A stretch of 64,000 nucleotides of DNA. It comes from Pedobacter sp. Its GTDB lineage: Bacteria; Bacteroidota; Bacteroidia; Sphingobacteriales; Sphingobacteriaceae. The notes beneath the pieces are model-generated. The model saw only the letters and a program-made list of their open reading frames with translations. It was not told the DNA's origin and made no database searches. The stretch is from NCBI RefSeq assembly GCF_046462515.1, contig NZ_JBKGVD010000006.1, positions 107,335 through 171,334 of the forward strand, written 5' to 3'. Both the position numbers and the translations under genes were made by a program. Below, one piece after another: positions 19,594 to 28,590 of this stretch. Numbering within the stretch: the stretch's first letter is position 1; every line of letters starts with the position of its first letter.

Positions 19594-20340
19594 TTATATA
19601 TTCTTACTGTACTTATTAATTTTTGTAACGAGTTGCTCAACTTTTACAGGTGAAGTGAGTTCATAAGCATATTCATCTTCAATGTTCCCCATTTTAGCTT
19701 GTTGATTTTTAAACATCATCTTACTGCGCACAACGTCTTTTGCAGATGCATGGTAACAAGGAGCACCTGTAGTTTCAATTAGCTTTTTGATGTTGTTGGT
19801 ATTAATTCCGGCGCCAGGCATGATTTCTATCCTTTTATCTGCTTGTTTAACCAATTGCGCAAGTTTATTAGCTCCGGCAATAGCAGTAGGTTTTGCACCT
19901 GAGCTTAATATCCTTACAATGCCTAATTCAATCAGATCTTCTAAAGACTTTGAGAGATTATTGCTCATGTCAAAAGCCCGGTGAAAAGCAATAGGCATAG
20001 GTTCTGCAATTGTTTTTAAAATATGGATACGTTCTTTGTCTATATCACCATTGGCTTTGAGTATTCCAGTAACTACTCCATGGCAACCTAAGGATCTGCA
20101 AAGTCTGATATCTTCTTTAATCAGTTCAAATTCTATGTCATCATATAAAAAATCGCCCCCTCTTGGTCTTATGATAGGCCAGGTTTCTATAGACAGGTTT
20201 TCTATGCAAAGTTTGATCTGCGCATAGCTGGGTGTTGTTCCGCCTTCGGCTAAATTATCGCAAAGCTCAACACGCTTTGCCCCACCTTGCTGCGCAGCCA
20301 AAGCAGAGGCGTAAGAATTTGCACAAACTTCAAGTAGCAT
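19594..20340 (-). CDS. cutC: CutC-family protein
   Basis: LEVC, RVELCDNLAEGGTTPS, IRPRGGDF, FHRAFD, IMPGAG. Confidence 0.95.
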   Translation of the reverse strand: MLLEVCANSYASALAAQQGGAKRVELCDNLAEGGTTPSYAQIKLCIENLSIETWPIIRPRGGDFLYDDIEFELIKEDIRLCRSLGCHGVVTGILKANGDIDKERIHILKTIAEPMPIAFHRAFDMSNNLSKSLEDLIELGIVRILSSGAKPTAIAGANKLAQLVKQADKRIEIMPGAGINTNNIKKLIETTGAPCYHASAKDVVRSKMMFKNQQAKMGNIEDEYAYELTSPVKVEQLVTKINKYSKNI

Positions 20341-21350
20341 TAATAGTAGCTTAAAGATTTAATCAGCAGGTCTTGTTTTTCGTTATCGCAAACTGCGTAG
20401 CTGAAGCCTTGTTGTATGGCATAACTTCCATATTCGCCTTTTTTATTCAATGCCAAGAAACCTACTTGTATTTTTTTTGCTGTTTCGGGTTTTTTCTTGA
20501 TGATACGCATAACAGCTTCTTTACAGGCTTCGGCAGGAGAATAGCCTTGACGCATCAGTTCTACTACCAAAAACGAACCTACGTTTCGTACCACTTCTTC
20601 GCCAACCCCGGTTGATGTTGCTCCGCCTACCTCATTATCTACATAAAGACCAGCACCAATAATAGGACTATCGCCTACACGGCCATGTAATTTATAAGCC
20701 ATGCCGCTTGTAGTACAGGCACCAGAAAGATTTCCCTTACTGTCTAATGCCAGCATACCAATTGTATCGTGGTTGTACTGATTTCCGGGTAATTTAGTAG
20801 GGGTAGTGTTGTAGAGCTTGTTTTCTATATTCATAACTGGTTCGTATTTGGCTGTTTTAAGCCATTCCTGCCAGTCTTTTTTGCTTTTTTCGGTAAGAAG
20901 GTTCTCTTTTTTAAAGCCTTGTTCTAATGCAAACTGTAAAGCCCCATTTCCGGCCAGCATTACGTGAGGTGTTTTTTCCATTACCTTTCTTGCCACCGCA
21001 ATAGGATGTTTGATATTTTCTAATGCTAAAACAGCGCCGCAATTTCCCTTATCATCCATAATACATGCATCTAAAGTAACAATACCATCGCGGTCTGGTA
21101 AACCGCCATAACCTACAGATTGGTTGGTTACATCGGCTTCGGCATTCTGTACACCCAATTCAACGGCATCTAAAGCAGCTCCATTTTTGCTTAATATTTT
21201 CCAGGCATCTTTATTAGCCGCTATGCCAAAATCCCAGGTTGAAATTACAATTGGTTTGCCAGAAGATGCAGCATAGGTTGTTTTATTATTTAAAGCAACA
21301 GCAGCAGAAGCTAAAACAGTTGATTGTATAAATTTTCTACGGTTGATCAT
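20340..21350 (-). CDS. N4-(beta-N-acetylglucosaminyl)-L-asparaginase (glycosylasparaginase), Tat-exported
   Basis: NRRKFI Tat motif; HD|TIG autoprocessing site; GRVGDSPIIGAG. Confidence 0.93.
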   Translation of the reverse strand: MINRRKFIQSTVLASAAVALNNKTTYAASSGKPIVISTWDFGIAANKDAWKILSKNGAALDAVELGVQNAEADVTNQSVGYGGLPDRDGIVTLDACIMDDKGNCGAVLALENIKHPIAVARKVMEKTPHVMLAGNGALQFALEQGFKKENLLTEKSKKDWQEWLKTAKYEPVMNIENKLYNTTPTKLPGNQYNHDTIGMLALDSKGNLSGACTTSGMAYKLHGRVGDSPIIGAGLYVDNEVGGATSTGVGEEVVRNVGSFLVVELMRQGYSPAEACKEAVMRIIKKKPETAKKIQVGFLALNKKGEYGSYAIQQGFSYAVCDNEKQDLLIKSLSYY

Positions 21351-21351
21351 G

Positions 21352-22152
21352 TTAATTCAAATTAAAGGTATCGGCATCTTTTAAAAACGGAAACTGACGT
21401 CTTGTTTTTTCTAAATCTGTGTAATTGATGCTGAAAGTGTAAAGGTCCTCATCCTCAGGTTTATAATAAACGGTATTCCCTAAAGGATCTATACACATAG
21501 AATGTCCGCTATGGTAAACCTGATCACCATCATGACCAACACGGTTAACACCGATCACATAGCTTTGATTTTCAATGGCACGGGCATGTATTAATGTACG
21601 CCAATGCGCAGATCTTTTATCAGGCCAACTTGCAATGATCAATAGTAAATCATACTCGGCATTTTTGTTGCGCAACCATACTGGAAACCGCAAATCATAG
21701 CAGATTGCTAAACGTATTTTCCAGCCTTTGAGCTCTACAATCAGTTCATCTTTTCCGGCAGTATAATGTTTGTCTTCACTCCCTAAGCCAAAAAGATGAC
21801 GTTTGTCATAATGCTGATAACTTCCATCGGGAAGCATCCAGATCATGCGGTTATAATAATTGTTGTTCTCTTTTATGATAAGACTTCCGGTAATTACACA
21901 ATCGTATTTGCGTGCCATTTGGTGCATCCATTGCATAGTATTGCCGTCCATTTCTTCGGCAAGCTGCTCCGCATTCATGGTAAAGCCGGTATTAAACATT
22001 TCGGGCAGTACAATCAGATCGGTTTTTTCGCGTAAACCAATAGATAGTCGTAAGGCTAAATTTTGCAGGTTTTTTTCGATATTCTCCCAAAATAAATAAG
22101 CCTGAAATATGGTTATTTTCAGATTTTGGATATTTAAGTAATGTGGTTCCAT
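21352..22152 (-). CDS. yafV: Nitrilase-family omega-amidase (YafV-like)
   Basis: Catalytic triad in LPEMF, YDKRHLF and ICYDLRFP; ARAIENQ. Confidence 0.88.
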   Translation of the reverse strand: MEPHYLNIQNLKITIFQAYLFWENIEKNLQNLALRLSIGLREKTDLIVLPEMFNTGFTMNAEQLAEEMDGNTMQWMHQMARKYDCVITGSLIIKENNNYYNRMIWMLPDGSYQHYDKRHLFGLGSEDKHYTAGKDELIVELKGWKIRLAICYDLRFPVWLRNKNAEYDLLLIIASWPDKRSAHWRTLIHARAIENQSYVIGVNRVGHDGDQVYHSGHSMCIDPLGNTVYYKPEDEDLYTFSINYTDLEKTRRQFPFLKDADTFNLN

Positions 22153-22174
22153 ATCAATATCTTATTTTATAAAA

Positions 22175-23320
22175 TTAAACTTTTATGAGTTTATCAAAGG
22201 CTTTTTGTAAAGTTTCTTCTTTTTTTGCAAAGCAAAATCTAAGAGTTCCTTCATTGGGGTTTTTGCTGTAAAATGCCGAAACCGGTATAGCTGCCACACC
22301 AAAATCTTTGACCAGTCGTTTAGCAAAATCAAGATCTTTTTCGTTACTTATATTTTCAAATGTTACGCATTGAAAATAGGAGCCTTTGCAGGGTAGAAGT
22401 TTAAATCTGGTTTGTGCTATTAAATCTCTGAAAAAGTCTCTTTTCTTTTGAAAGAAAACGGATATTTCAGGATAAATATTTTCCATATTCAAATAATTAG
22501 CTATTCCAGCCTGCACAGGTGTGTTTACGCTGAATACATTAAACTGGTGAATTTTTCTGAACTCATTCATCAATCTCTCAGGTGCTATGCAATAACCGAT
22601 TTTCCATCCAGTGGTATGCAGCAGTTTACCAAAAGATGCGATAATAAAGCTTCTTTCAAACAATTCAGGGTATCTTGCAACACTTTGATGTGCTTCGTTG
22701 TCAAATATAATATGTTCATATACCTCATCACTTAAAATGAGGATATCAGTATTTTTTGTTAATTTGATTAAGGCCGCAATGTCTTTCGGTGTTAATATAG
22801 TTCCTGTTGGATTGTGTGGGGTATTGAGGATAATGAGCTTGGTTTTAGCCGTAAAAAGTTTTTTTACCATTTCCCAGTCTATCTTATAATCGGGAGCAGT
22901 AAGCTCAAAAGGTTTTACCAGGCCACCTAACAGCTTTACGGTGGGTGCATAACAATCATAAGCCGGTTCAAATACAATGACTTCATCGCCCGGATGAATA
23001 ATAGCAGATAAAGCGGTGAAAATTGCCTGAGTTCCTCCTGCTGTAATGGTAATCTCTGTTTCGGGATTGTAATTTGCTTTGTACAGACTCTCCACTTTTT
23101 CGGCAATATGCTCACGCAATTGCATGTTACCAGCCAGTGGTGCATACTGGTTGTGTCCGCTTTTCATGGCTTCAGTAATGCATTCGATTAAACGGGCATC
23201 TGGCATAAAATCAGGGAAACCCTGTGAAAGATTAATGGCATTGTAATCTGCTGCCATTTTAGACATGAGCGAAAATATAGTGGTACCGACAGTAGGAAGC
23301 TTTGAATTAAGGTTGATCAT
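22175..23320 (-). CDS. ybdL: Methionine aminotransferase (YbdL-like, class I/II PLP)
   Basis: SKLPTVGTTIF, INLSQGFPDF, NTPHNPTG, SDEVYEH, SFGKLLHTTGWKIGY. Confidence 0.9.
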   Translation of the reverse strand: MINLNSKLPTVGTTIFSLMSKMAADYNAINLSQGFPDFMPDARLIECITEAMKSGHNQYAPLAGNMQLREHIAEKVESLYKANYNPETEITITAGGTQAIFTALSAIIHPGDEVIVFEPAYDCYAPTVKLLGGLVKPFELTAPDYKIDWEMVKKLFTAKTKLIILNTPHNPTGTILTPKDIAALIKLTKNTDILILSDEVYEHIIFDNEAHQSVARYPELFERSFIIASFGKLLHTTGWKIGYCIAPERLMNEFRKIHQFNVFSVNTPVQAGIANYLNMENIYPEISVFFQKKRDFFRDLIAQTRFKLLPCKGSYFQCVTFENISNEKDLDFAKRLVKDFGVAAIPVSAFYSKNPNEGTLRFCFAKKEETLQKAFDKLIKV

Positions 23321-23407
23321 CTTTGCGAAATTAACAATTAAATTGATATACCCGGTTTTGCTTAAAGAGCACTTTCTTATTTGTTAAAAATTTGTACTTT
23401 TAGTTTT

Positions 23408-24178
23408 ATGACCTTTAAGACTAAAGAAAGCCGATTACTACTGGTATTGAGTTCCTTTTTTGTGGCTAATGCCATTATTTCTGAATTTATTGGGGTAAAG
23501 ATATTTAGTGTTGAAGCCAGTTTAGGAATCAATAAGTTTGATATTAACCTGTTTGGTGTTCCAAACCTGTCGTTTAACATGTCTGTTGGCGTAATTACAT
23601 GGCCTGTTATTTTTATCATGACAGATATTATCAATGAATATTTTGGGGTAAAACAGGTAAGGTTTCTTTCTATATTAACGGCTGTACTTATTGGTGGCGC
23701 TTTTGTAATTGTGGCTGCAGCTATGTGGTTAGAGCCTTCAGATTTTTGGGTTACGCAGCATATTGATGGGAAAGAAGTAGATATGCCAAGAGCATTTCAG
23801 GCTATATTTGGGCAGGGCATGTGGATTATTGTAGGTTCAATTACGGCTTTCATTATTGGGCAAATGGCTGATGTACTAATTTTTCATAGGATTAAAAAGA
23901 TTACAGGCGACAGGGCATTATGGTTAAGAGCTACCGGATCTACAGTCGTATCACAATTGATAGATAGTTTTGTGGTTATATTTATTGCTTTTTATTTAAA
24001 TCCTCAGTTTAACTGGAGCTGGCAAATGGTGGCGGCTATAGGTTTGGTAGGTTATACGTATAAATTTATTATTGCCTTGGCTATGACCCCAATTCTGTAC
24101 CTTATGCATGTGGCCATAGATAATTATTTAGGTAAAGAACTGGCAGCAGAGATGATCAGATCGGCTACAAGAGAATAA
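23408..24178 (+). CDS. Queuosine-precursor transporter (VUT/YhhQ family)
   Basis: Multiple transmembrane helices; TDIINEYFG, LWLRATGSTVVSQLIDS. ATG at 23408 preferred. Confidence 0.88.
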   Translation: MTFKTKESRLLLVLSSFFVANAIISEFIGVKIFSVEASLGINKFDINLFGVPNLSFNMSVGVITWPVIFIMTDIINEYFGVKQVRFLSILTAVLIGGAFVIVAAAMWLEPSDFWVTQHIDGKEVDMPRAFQAIFGQGMWIIVGSITAFIIGQMADVLIFHRIKKITGDRALWLRATGSTVVSQLIDSFVVIFIAFYLNPQFNWSWQMVAAIGLVGYTYKFIIALAMTPILYLMHVAIDNYLGKELAAEMIRSATRE

Positions 24179-24190
24179 TATTCAGAGATT

Positions 24191-25426
24191 ATGAAAGTTG
24201 ATTATATAGCGTTATCGGTACCTATTTTTTTTATCCTGATAGGTATTGAACTGGCTTACACCTTTTACAAAAAACTCAATTATTACAGACTAAACGATTC
24301 TATAGCAAATCTAAGTCAAGGTATAGGCTCTCAGATTGTAGGATTGTTCATGAAAACTATCCTGTTTTTTGGTTACAAGTACATTTTTGAACACTGGCGG
24401 TTGTTTGATCTACCTCATAATATATGGGTCTGGATCATTCTCTTTATTGGGGTTGATTTCTTTTATTACTGGTTTCATCGCATGAGCCATCAGATTAATG
24501 CGCTTTGGGCTGCGCATATTGTGCATCATCAATCTGAAGAATATAATCTTACGGTGGCTTTACGCCAATCGTGGTTTCAGGGCTGGTTTTCATGGGTGTT
24601 TTATTTGCCTTTGGCATTTATTGGGTTTGATCCTATTATGTTTTTAACGCTCAGTTCCTTTAATACACTATATCAATTCTGGATACATACCCGTGCCATT
24701 AAAAATATGGGATTTTTGGAGTACATTATTAACACGCCATCACATCACCGTGTGCACCATGGCTCAAATCCTAAATACATTGATAAAAACCATGCAGGTA
24801 CTTTAATTATCTGGGACAGGATGTTTGGTACTTTTCAAAAAGAAGAAGAGGAAGTTTATTACGGAATAACCACTCCGTTGGCCAGCTGGAATCCGGTGTG
24901 GGCAAATGTGCATTATTGGGTTGAGTTGTGGCAAACCGCTCAAAAAGCAGATGGGATAGGAGATAAGATCAGGGTATTTATTAAACCTCCGGGCTGGTTT
25001 CCAGAAAAATTGGGTGGATTTAAATCTGCACTTGAAATAGATGCGGCTAATTACAGAAAATTTGATGCCAACGGAACTACATCTGTAGTATTGTATGTGG
25101 TATTCCAGTTTTTAATTGCCTTAGGAACGGGTTCTGTGCTGCTATTTATGTTTGCTAAGTTTGGATGGTTAACCAATGTTTTATTGGCTGTATTCACTGT
25201 ATTTACTTTACTTACCTGTGGGGCATTGCTCGAGAAAAAAAGATGGTTAAACCCGGCTGAATATCTTCGCTTTATATTGGGGGCACTTATTGTTTACCAT
25301 TTTACGCAAACAGGTTTTCCAAATCAGGTTGTGTATCTTTCTGTTGTGCTTTTATTGCTCTCTGTAATCTTGTTTATATTTCTCAAACGTTCTTTGAACC
25401 ATGATCAAAAATTATCCTCAATTTAG
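24191..25426 (+). CDS. Fatty-acid hydroxylase/sterol desaturase superfamily protein, alkylglycerol monooxygenase (AGMO)-like
   Basis: His boxes HRMSH, HIVHH, WIHT and HHRVHH; YNLTVALRQS; DKNHAGTLIIWDRMFGTF; C-terminal membrane extension. Confidence 0.88.
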   Translation: MKVDYIALSVPIFFILIGIELAYTFYKKLNYYRLNDSIANLSQGIGSQIVGLFMKTILFFGYKYIFEHWRLFDLPHNIWVWIILFIGVDFFYYWFHRMSHQINALWAAHIVHHQSEEYNLTVALRQSWFQGWFSWVFYLPLAFIGFDPIMFLTLSSFNTLYQFWIHTRAIKNMGFLEYIINTPSHHRVHHGSNPKYIDKNHAGTLIIWDRMFGTFQKEEEEVYYGITTPLASWNPVWANVHYWVELWQTAQKADGIGDKIRVFIKPPGWFPEKLGGFKSALEIDAANYRKFDANGTTSVVLYVVFQFLIALGTGSVLLFMFAKFGWLTNVLLAVFTVFTLLTCGALLEKKRWLNPAEYLRFILGALIVYHFTQTGFPNQVVYLSVVLLLLSVILFIFLKRSLNHDQKLSSI

Positions 25427-26090
25427 TTTCGGCTTTGCCATTATTGCATTTGCCGAGCTTTTTGCCATTGTAAACGGTTTTGATGAGTTAAGATATCTTA
25501 CTAAGTCGGCAATCTGTATCTCGCTCATTATTTTCATTATTTTCTCGGTAAAGCGTAAAGGTAGGTTTACCAAGCGGATCATAGGTGGTTTGTTTTTTTC
25601 TTTATTGGGCGATATTTTTCTGATGTTACCCATTCATACGGATACATTTTTTATTTGTGGAATGGCAGCGTTTTTAACTGCGCACCTGTTCTACATATTT
25701 GCTTTTTACGTTGATGCATCTAACAAAGTTAAGGTAGAACATAGAAATGTGCTGCCTGTCTTTTTAGTTTACATGACTTTTTGCGTATCTGTTTTTTTAT
25801 ACCTGCGTCCATATTTAGGTGCTTTAAAAATCCCGATAATGGTGTATTGCTTTGTGATTACAATGATGGGGATCATGGCTGCATTGCGTTATGGTAAGAC
25901 CAATTTCAGGAGTTTTAAATGGATCTGCTGGGGATCGGTACTTTTCATTATTTCTGATACGATACTTGCCTACAATAAGTTTGTTGCACAGGTAAATTAT
26001 GCTCCGTTGATAATTATGGTAACCTATATGGGGGCACAATTTTTAATTACTACAGGTACTGTAGAACGTAAGTACGTAAAGAAGAATTAA
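25401..26090 (+). CDS. Lysoplasmalogenase (YhhN/TMEM86 family)
   Basis: SLLGDIFLM, AFLTAHLFY, FIISDTILAYNKF, TYMGAQ. Confidence 0.9.
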   Translation: MIKNYPQFSFGFAIIAFAELFAIVNGFDELRYLTKSAICISLIIFIIFSVKRKGRFTKRIIGGLFFSLLGDIFLMLPIHTDTFFICGMAAFLTAHLFYIFAFYVDASNKVKVEHRNVLPVFLVYMTFCVSVFLYLRPYLGALKIPIMVYCFVITMMGIMAALRYGKTNFRSFKWICWGSVLFIISDTILAYNKFVAQVNYAPLIIMVTYMGAQFLITTGTVERKYVKKN

Positions 26091-28456
26091 TTCTTGCCTT
26101 TCGATTTGTCCATTACAGTAAACACTTGCACCAGTCGTTCTCCGTTATCATCAACCAATGTAAGCGTGTGTTTACCTGCTGGCGGGTTTACGGCCATTTG
26201 ATGGAATGTTTTGGTGCTGCCGATGTATTCTTCATCTAAATGCCAGTAAATAGTAGCGTTTGCGCGACGATGTGCGGTTTCTAATATCATTTTGCCCCTG
26301 CTACCATCCAGTTCTAAAGGAACATAAACCAAGGCATTATTTTTAGGATAAATCATTTCCATGATACCGTTTTCTCCACTTTCATTGCAGCCTTGCATAT
26401 ATGGGGGTAAAGGGCGATAATCGGCATGTTTTACTTTATAATAATATTCCATGGTAGCGGGTAATACAAACCATTTTTCGTGCCGCATTTGTGTTGGGCT
26501 CATACAGACATCGGTAACTTGGAACGTACCCTGAGGGTTTAAGTGTATTAATTTATGGTAAGGACATATAGCCGTTTTTTCTCCTGAAGGAGATACTTGC
26601 TCTATTATTTTTTCTGTACAATATTCTCCTGCTTTATATCCGCTTTGTTTACAGACCTCTATTTTTTTGAGCTTGGTTTGTGGTGCTGTAAACCATTTGT
26701 TGTTAGGCAACAATCTAAAAATATCAAACATAACCGGAGCAGCGGCTTCAATTCCGGTCAAACCTGGTCTGCCTTCACCATCGGCATTGCCCACCCATAC
26801 ACATACCACATAGTTAGGAGTTAAACCAATGGCCCATGCATCTCTAAATCCAAAACTCGTTCCTGTTTTCCATGCTATGCGTTGTGAAGAAGAGAACTGC
26901 TCCCATAAACCTTCGTCGCCTGGGCGCATTACTTCCTGCATGGCATTAAAAGTAGCCCATATGGCGCCATGATCTAATATGGAGTTGGGTTCGGCTTCAT
27001 GTTCCTTTGTTTTTTCTTCAAATTTGTAGCTTTGCATACTGTAATCGGCTGCGTTGTATTTACCTTGGTAAAGATTATAGTGGTTTAAGGTACGGACCAT
27101 GCCTAAATAAGCCCGGCACAGATCCCACATGGTAACTTCGCTGCCTCCTAAAATCAAAGACAATCCGTAATGATCTGCAGGCTGGGTTAACGTACTAAAA
27201 TGTAGCTTCTTCAATTTATCATAAAAGCGTTCGTATTTGTATTGCTGCAACATTTTTACGGCAGGTATGTTCAAAGATCTGCTCAACGCTTTATCTGCGG
27301 CAATGGCACCATCATAGCCTAAATCATAATTTTGAGGCTTATACCCTGCAATTTGGGTAGGTACATCTGGAATAAGGGTGTGCGGTAAAATCAAGCCATC
27401 GGTTAACATACTGGCATACAGCAAAGGTTTTAAGGTACTGCCGGGACTACGGGGCGCTTTGATCATATCCACATGACTTTCGAGCTCTTTATTTTCTGGT
27501 TGAAAATAATTACCTACATAGCTTATTACATGACCGGTTTTTACTTCAATAACTAAGGCAGCAATGTTATTAATGTCATTGGCCTTATATCGATTATGGT
27601 ATCTTTTTAAGATATTATTGATCTCTAATTGTAAATTGTAATTAATGGTCGATTTTAATCGTGTGTTACCGGTGTGGTTCTCTTCTTTGAATCTATTGAG
27701 TAAATGAGGTGCATATTGGGGTAATGGGATTGGGCGTCCGGGAAGTGGTTCTGTTTTGGCTAAGTTTGCAGTTTCCTGATCTATATACTTCAGGGTTACC
27801 ATTTTATCAAGCAGATCATTCCGCTTTTGGGTTAAACGTGCTGTATTTTTTCCGGGATGTACCAGTGATGGCGAGTTGGGCAGAACAGCTAAAGTTGCCA
27901 TTTCGCCCCATGATAAACTGCCCGCATCTCGACCAAAATAACGCCAGCTTGCGGCTTCGAGCCCAACTACGTTTGTGCCAAATGGCGCATTTGCAGCATA
28001 TAATGCTAAAATTTCCTGTTTACTATGGGTAGATTCTAACCTGAATGCTAAATAAATTTCTATTATTTTCTGCCATAGGGTACGGTCTTTTTTTCTTGAA
28101 AGCCGTATTACCTGCATACTAATAGTGCTGCCACCACTAACTACACTATGTGCTTTTAAGTTTTGTTTAATGGCACGGCTTAATGCCATAAAATCTACGC
28201 CAAAGTGATTGTAGAAACGTTTATCTTCAAATGCAACAATACACTTTGCAAATTTATCTGGAATGGTATCACTTTGCGGAAAACGCCATTGCCCGTCTTT
28301 GGCGATGGCTGCACTTAACAAATCGCCATTAGCGGCTTCTACAACATATGAAGTAGGCGATTTAAACAGATGTTTTGGCAGTGAAAATACAAAGCATAAA
28401 AACAACAAAAGACAAATCAAATCAGTAATGATCAACGTCTTTTTCAATTTCTTCAT
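26087..28456 (-). CDS. pbpC: Penicillin-binding protein 1C
   Basis: EDKRFY and GGSTISMQ (transglycosylase); GSTLKP, SLN and KTGTS (transpeptidase); C-terminal beta domain; follows the alpha-2-macroglobulin gene. Confidence 0.95.
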   Translation of the reverse strand: MKKLKKTLIITDLICLLLFLCFVFSLPKHLFKSPTSYVVEAANGDLLSAAIAKDGQWRFPQSDTIPDKFAKCIVAFEDKRFYNHFGVDFMALSRAIKQNLKAHSVVSGGSTISMQVIRLSRKKDRTLWQKIIEIYLAFRLESTHSKQEILALYAANAPFGTNVVGLEAASWRYFGRDAGSLSWGEMATLAVLPNSPSLVHPGKNTARLTQKRNDLLDKMVTLKYIDQETANLAKTEPLPGRPIPLPQYAPHLLNRFKEENHTGNTRLKSTINYNLQLEINNILKRYHNRYKANDINNIAALVIEVKTGHVISYVGNYFQPENKELESHVDMIKAPRSPGSTLKPLLYASMLTDGLILPHTLIPDVPTQIAGYKPQNYDLGYDGAIAADKALSRSLNIPAVKMLQQYKYERFYDKLKKLHFSTLTQPADHYGLSLILGGSEVTMWDLCRAYLGMVRTLNHYNLYQGKYNAADYSMQSYKFEEKTKEHEAEPNSILDHGAIWATFNAMQEVMRPGDEGLWEQFSSSQRIAWKTGTSFGFRDAWAIGLTPNYVVCVWVGNADGEGRPGLTGIEAAAPVMFDIFRLLPNNKWFTAPQTKLKKIEVCKQSGYKAGEYCTEKIIEQVSPSGEKTAICPYHKLIHLNPQGTFQVTDVCMSPTQMRHEKWFVLPATMEYYYKVKHADYRPLPPYMQGCNESGENGIMEMIYPKNNALVYVPLELDGSRGKMILETAHRRANATIYWHLDEEYIGSTKTFHQMAVNPPAGKHTLTLVDDNGERLVQVFTVMDKSKGKN

Positions 28457-28473
28457 TTTTAAGGGTAACAAAA

Positions 28474-28515
28474 TTCCATAGCAACTGATTTGTTATAAAA
28501 ACAGTTGCTATGGAA
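28474..28515. other. 14-bp intergenic stem-loop between the alpha-2-macroglobulin gene and pbpC
   Basis: TTCCATAGCAACTG-N14-CAGTTGCTATGGAA. Confidence 0.65.
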
Positions 28516-28590
28516 AAGATTTATGCATTTATACGTTTTTCGGTGGGCTTTATCCGTTTTATTTTTATCAACGTTTGGCCCCGGCTTTAA

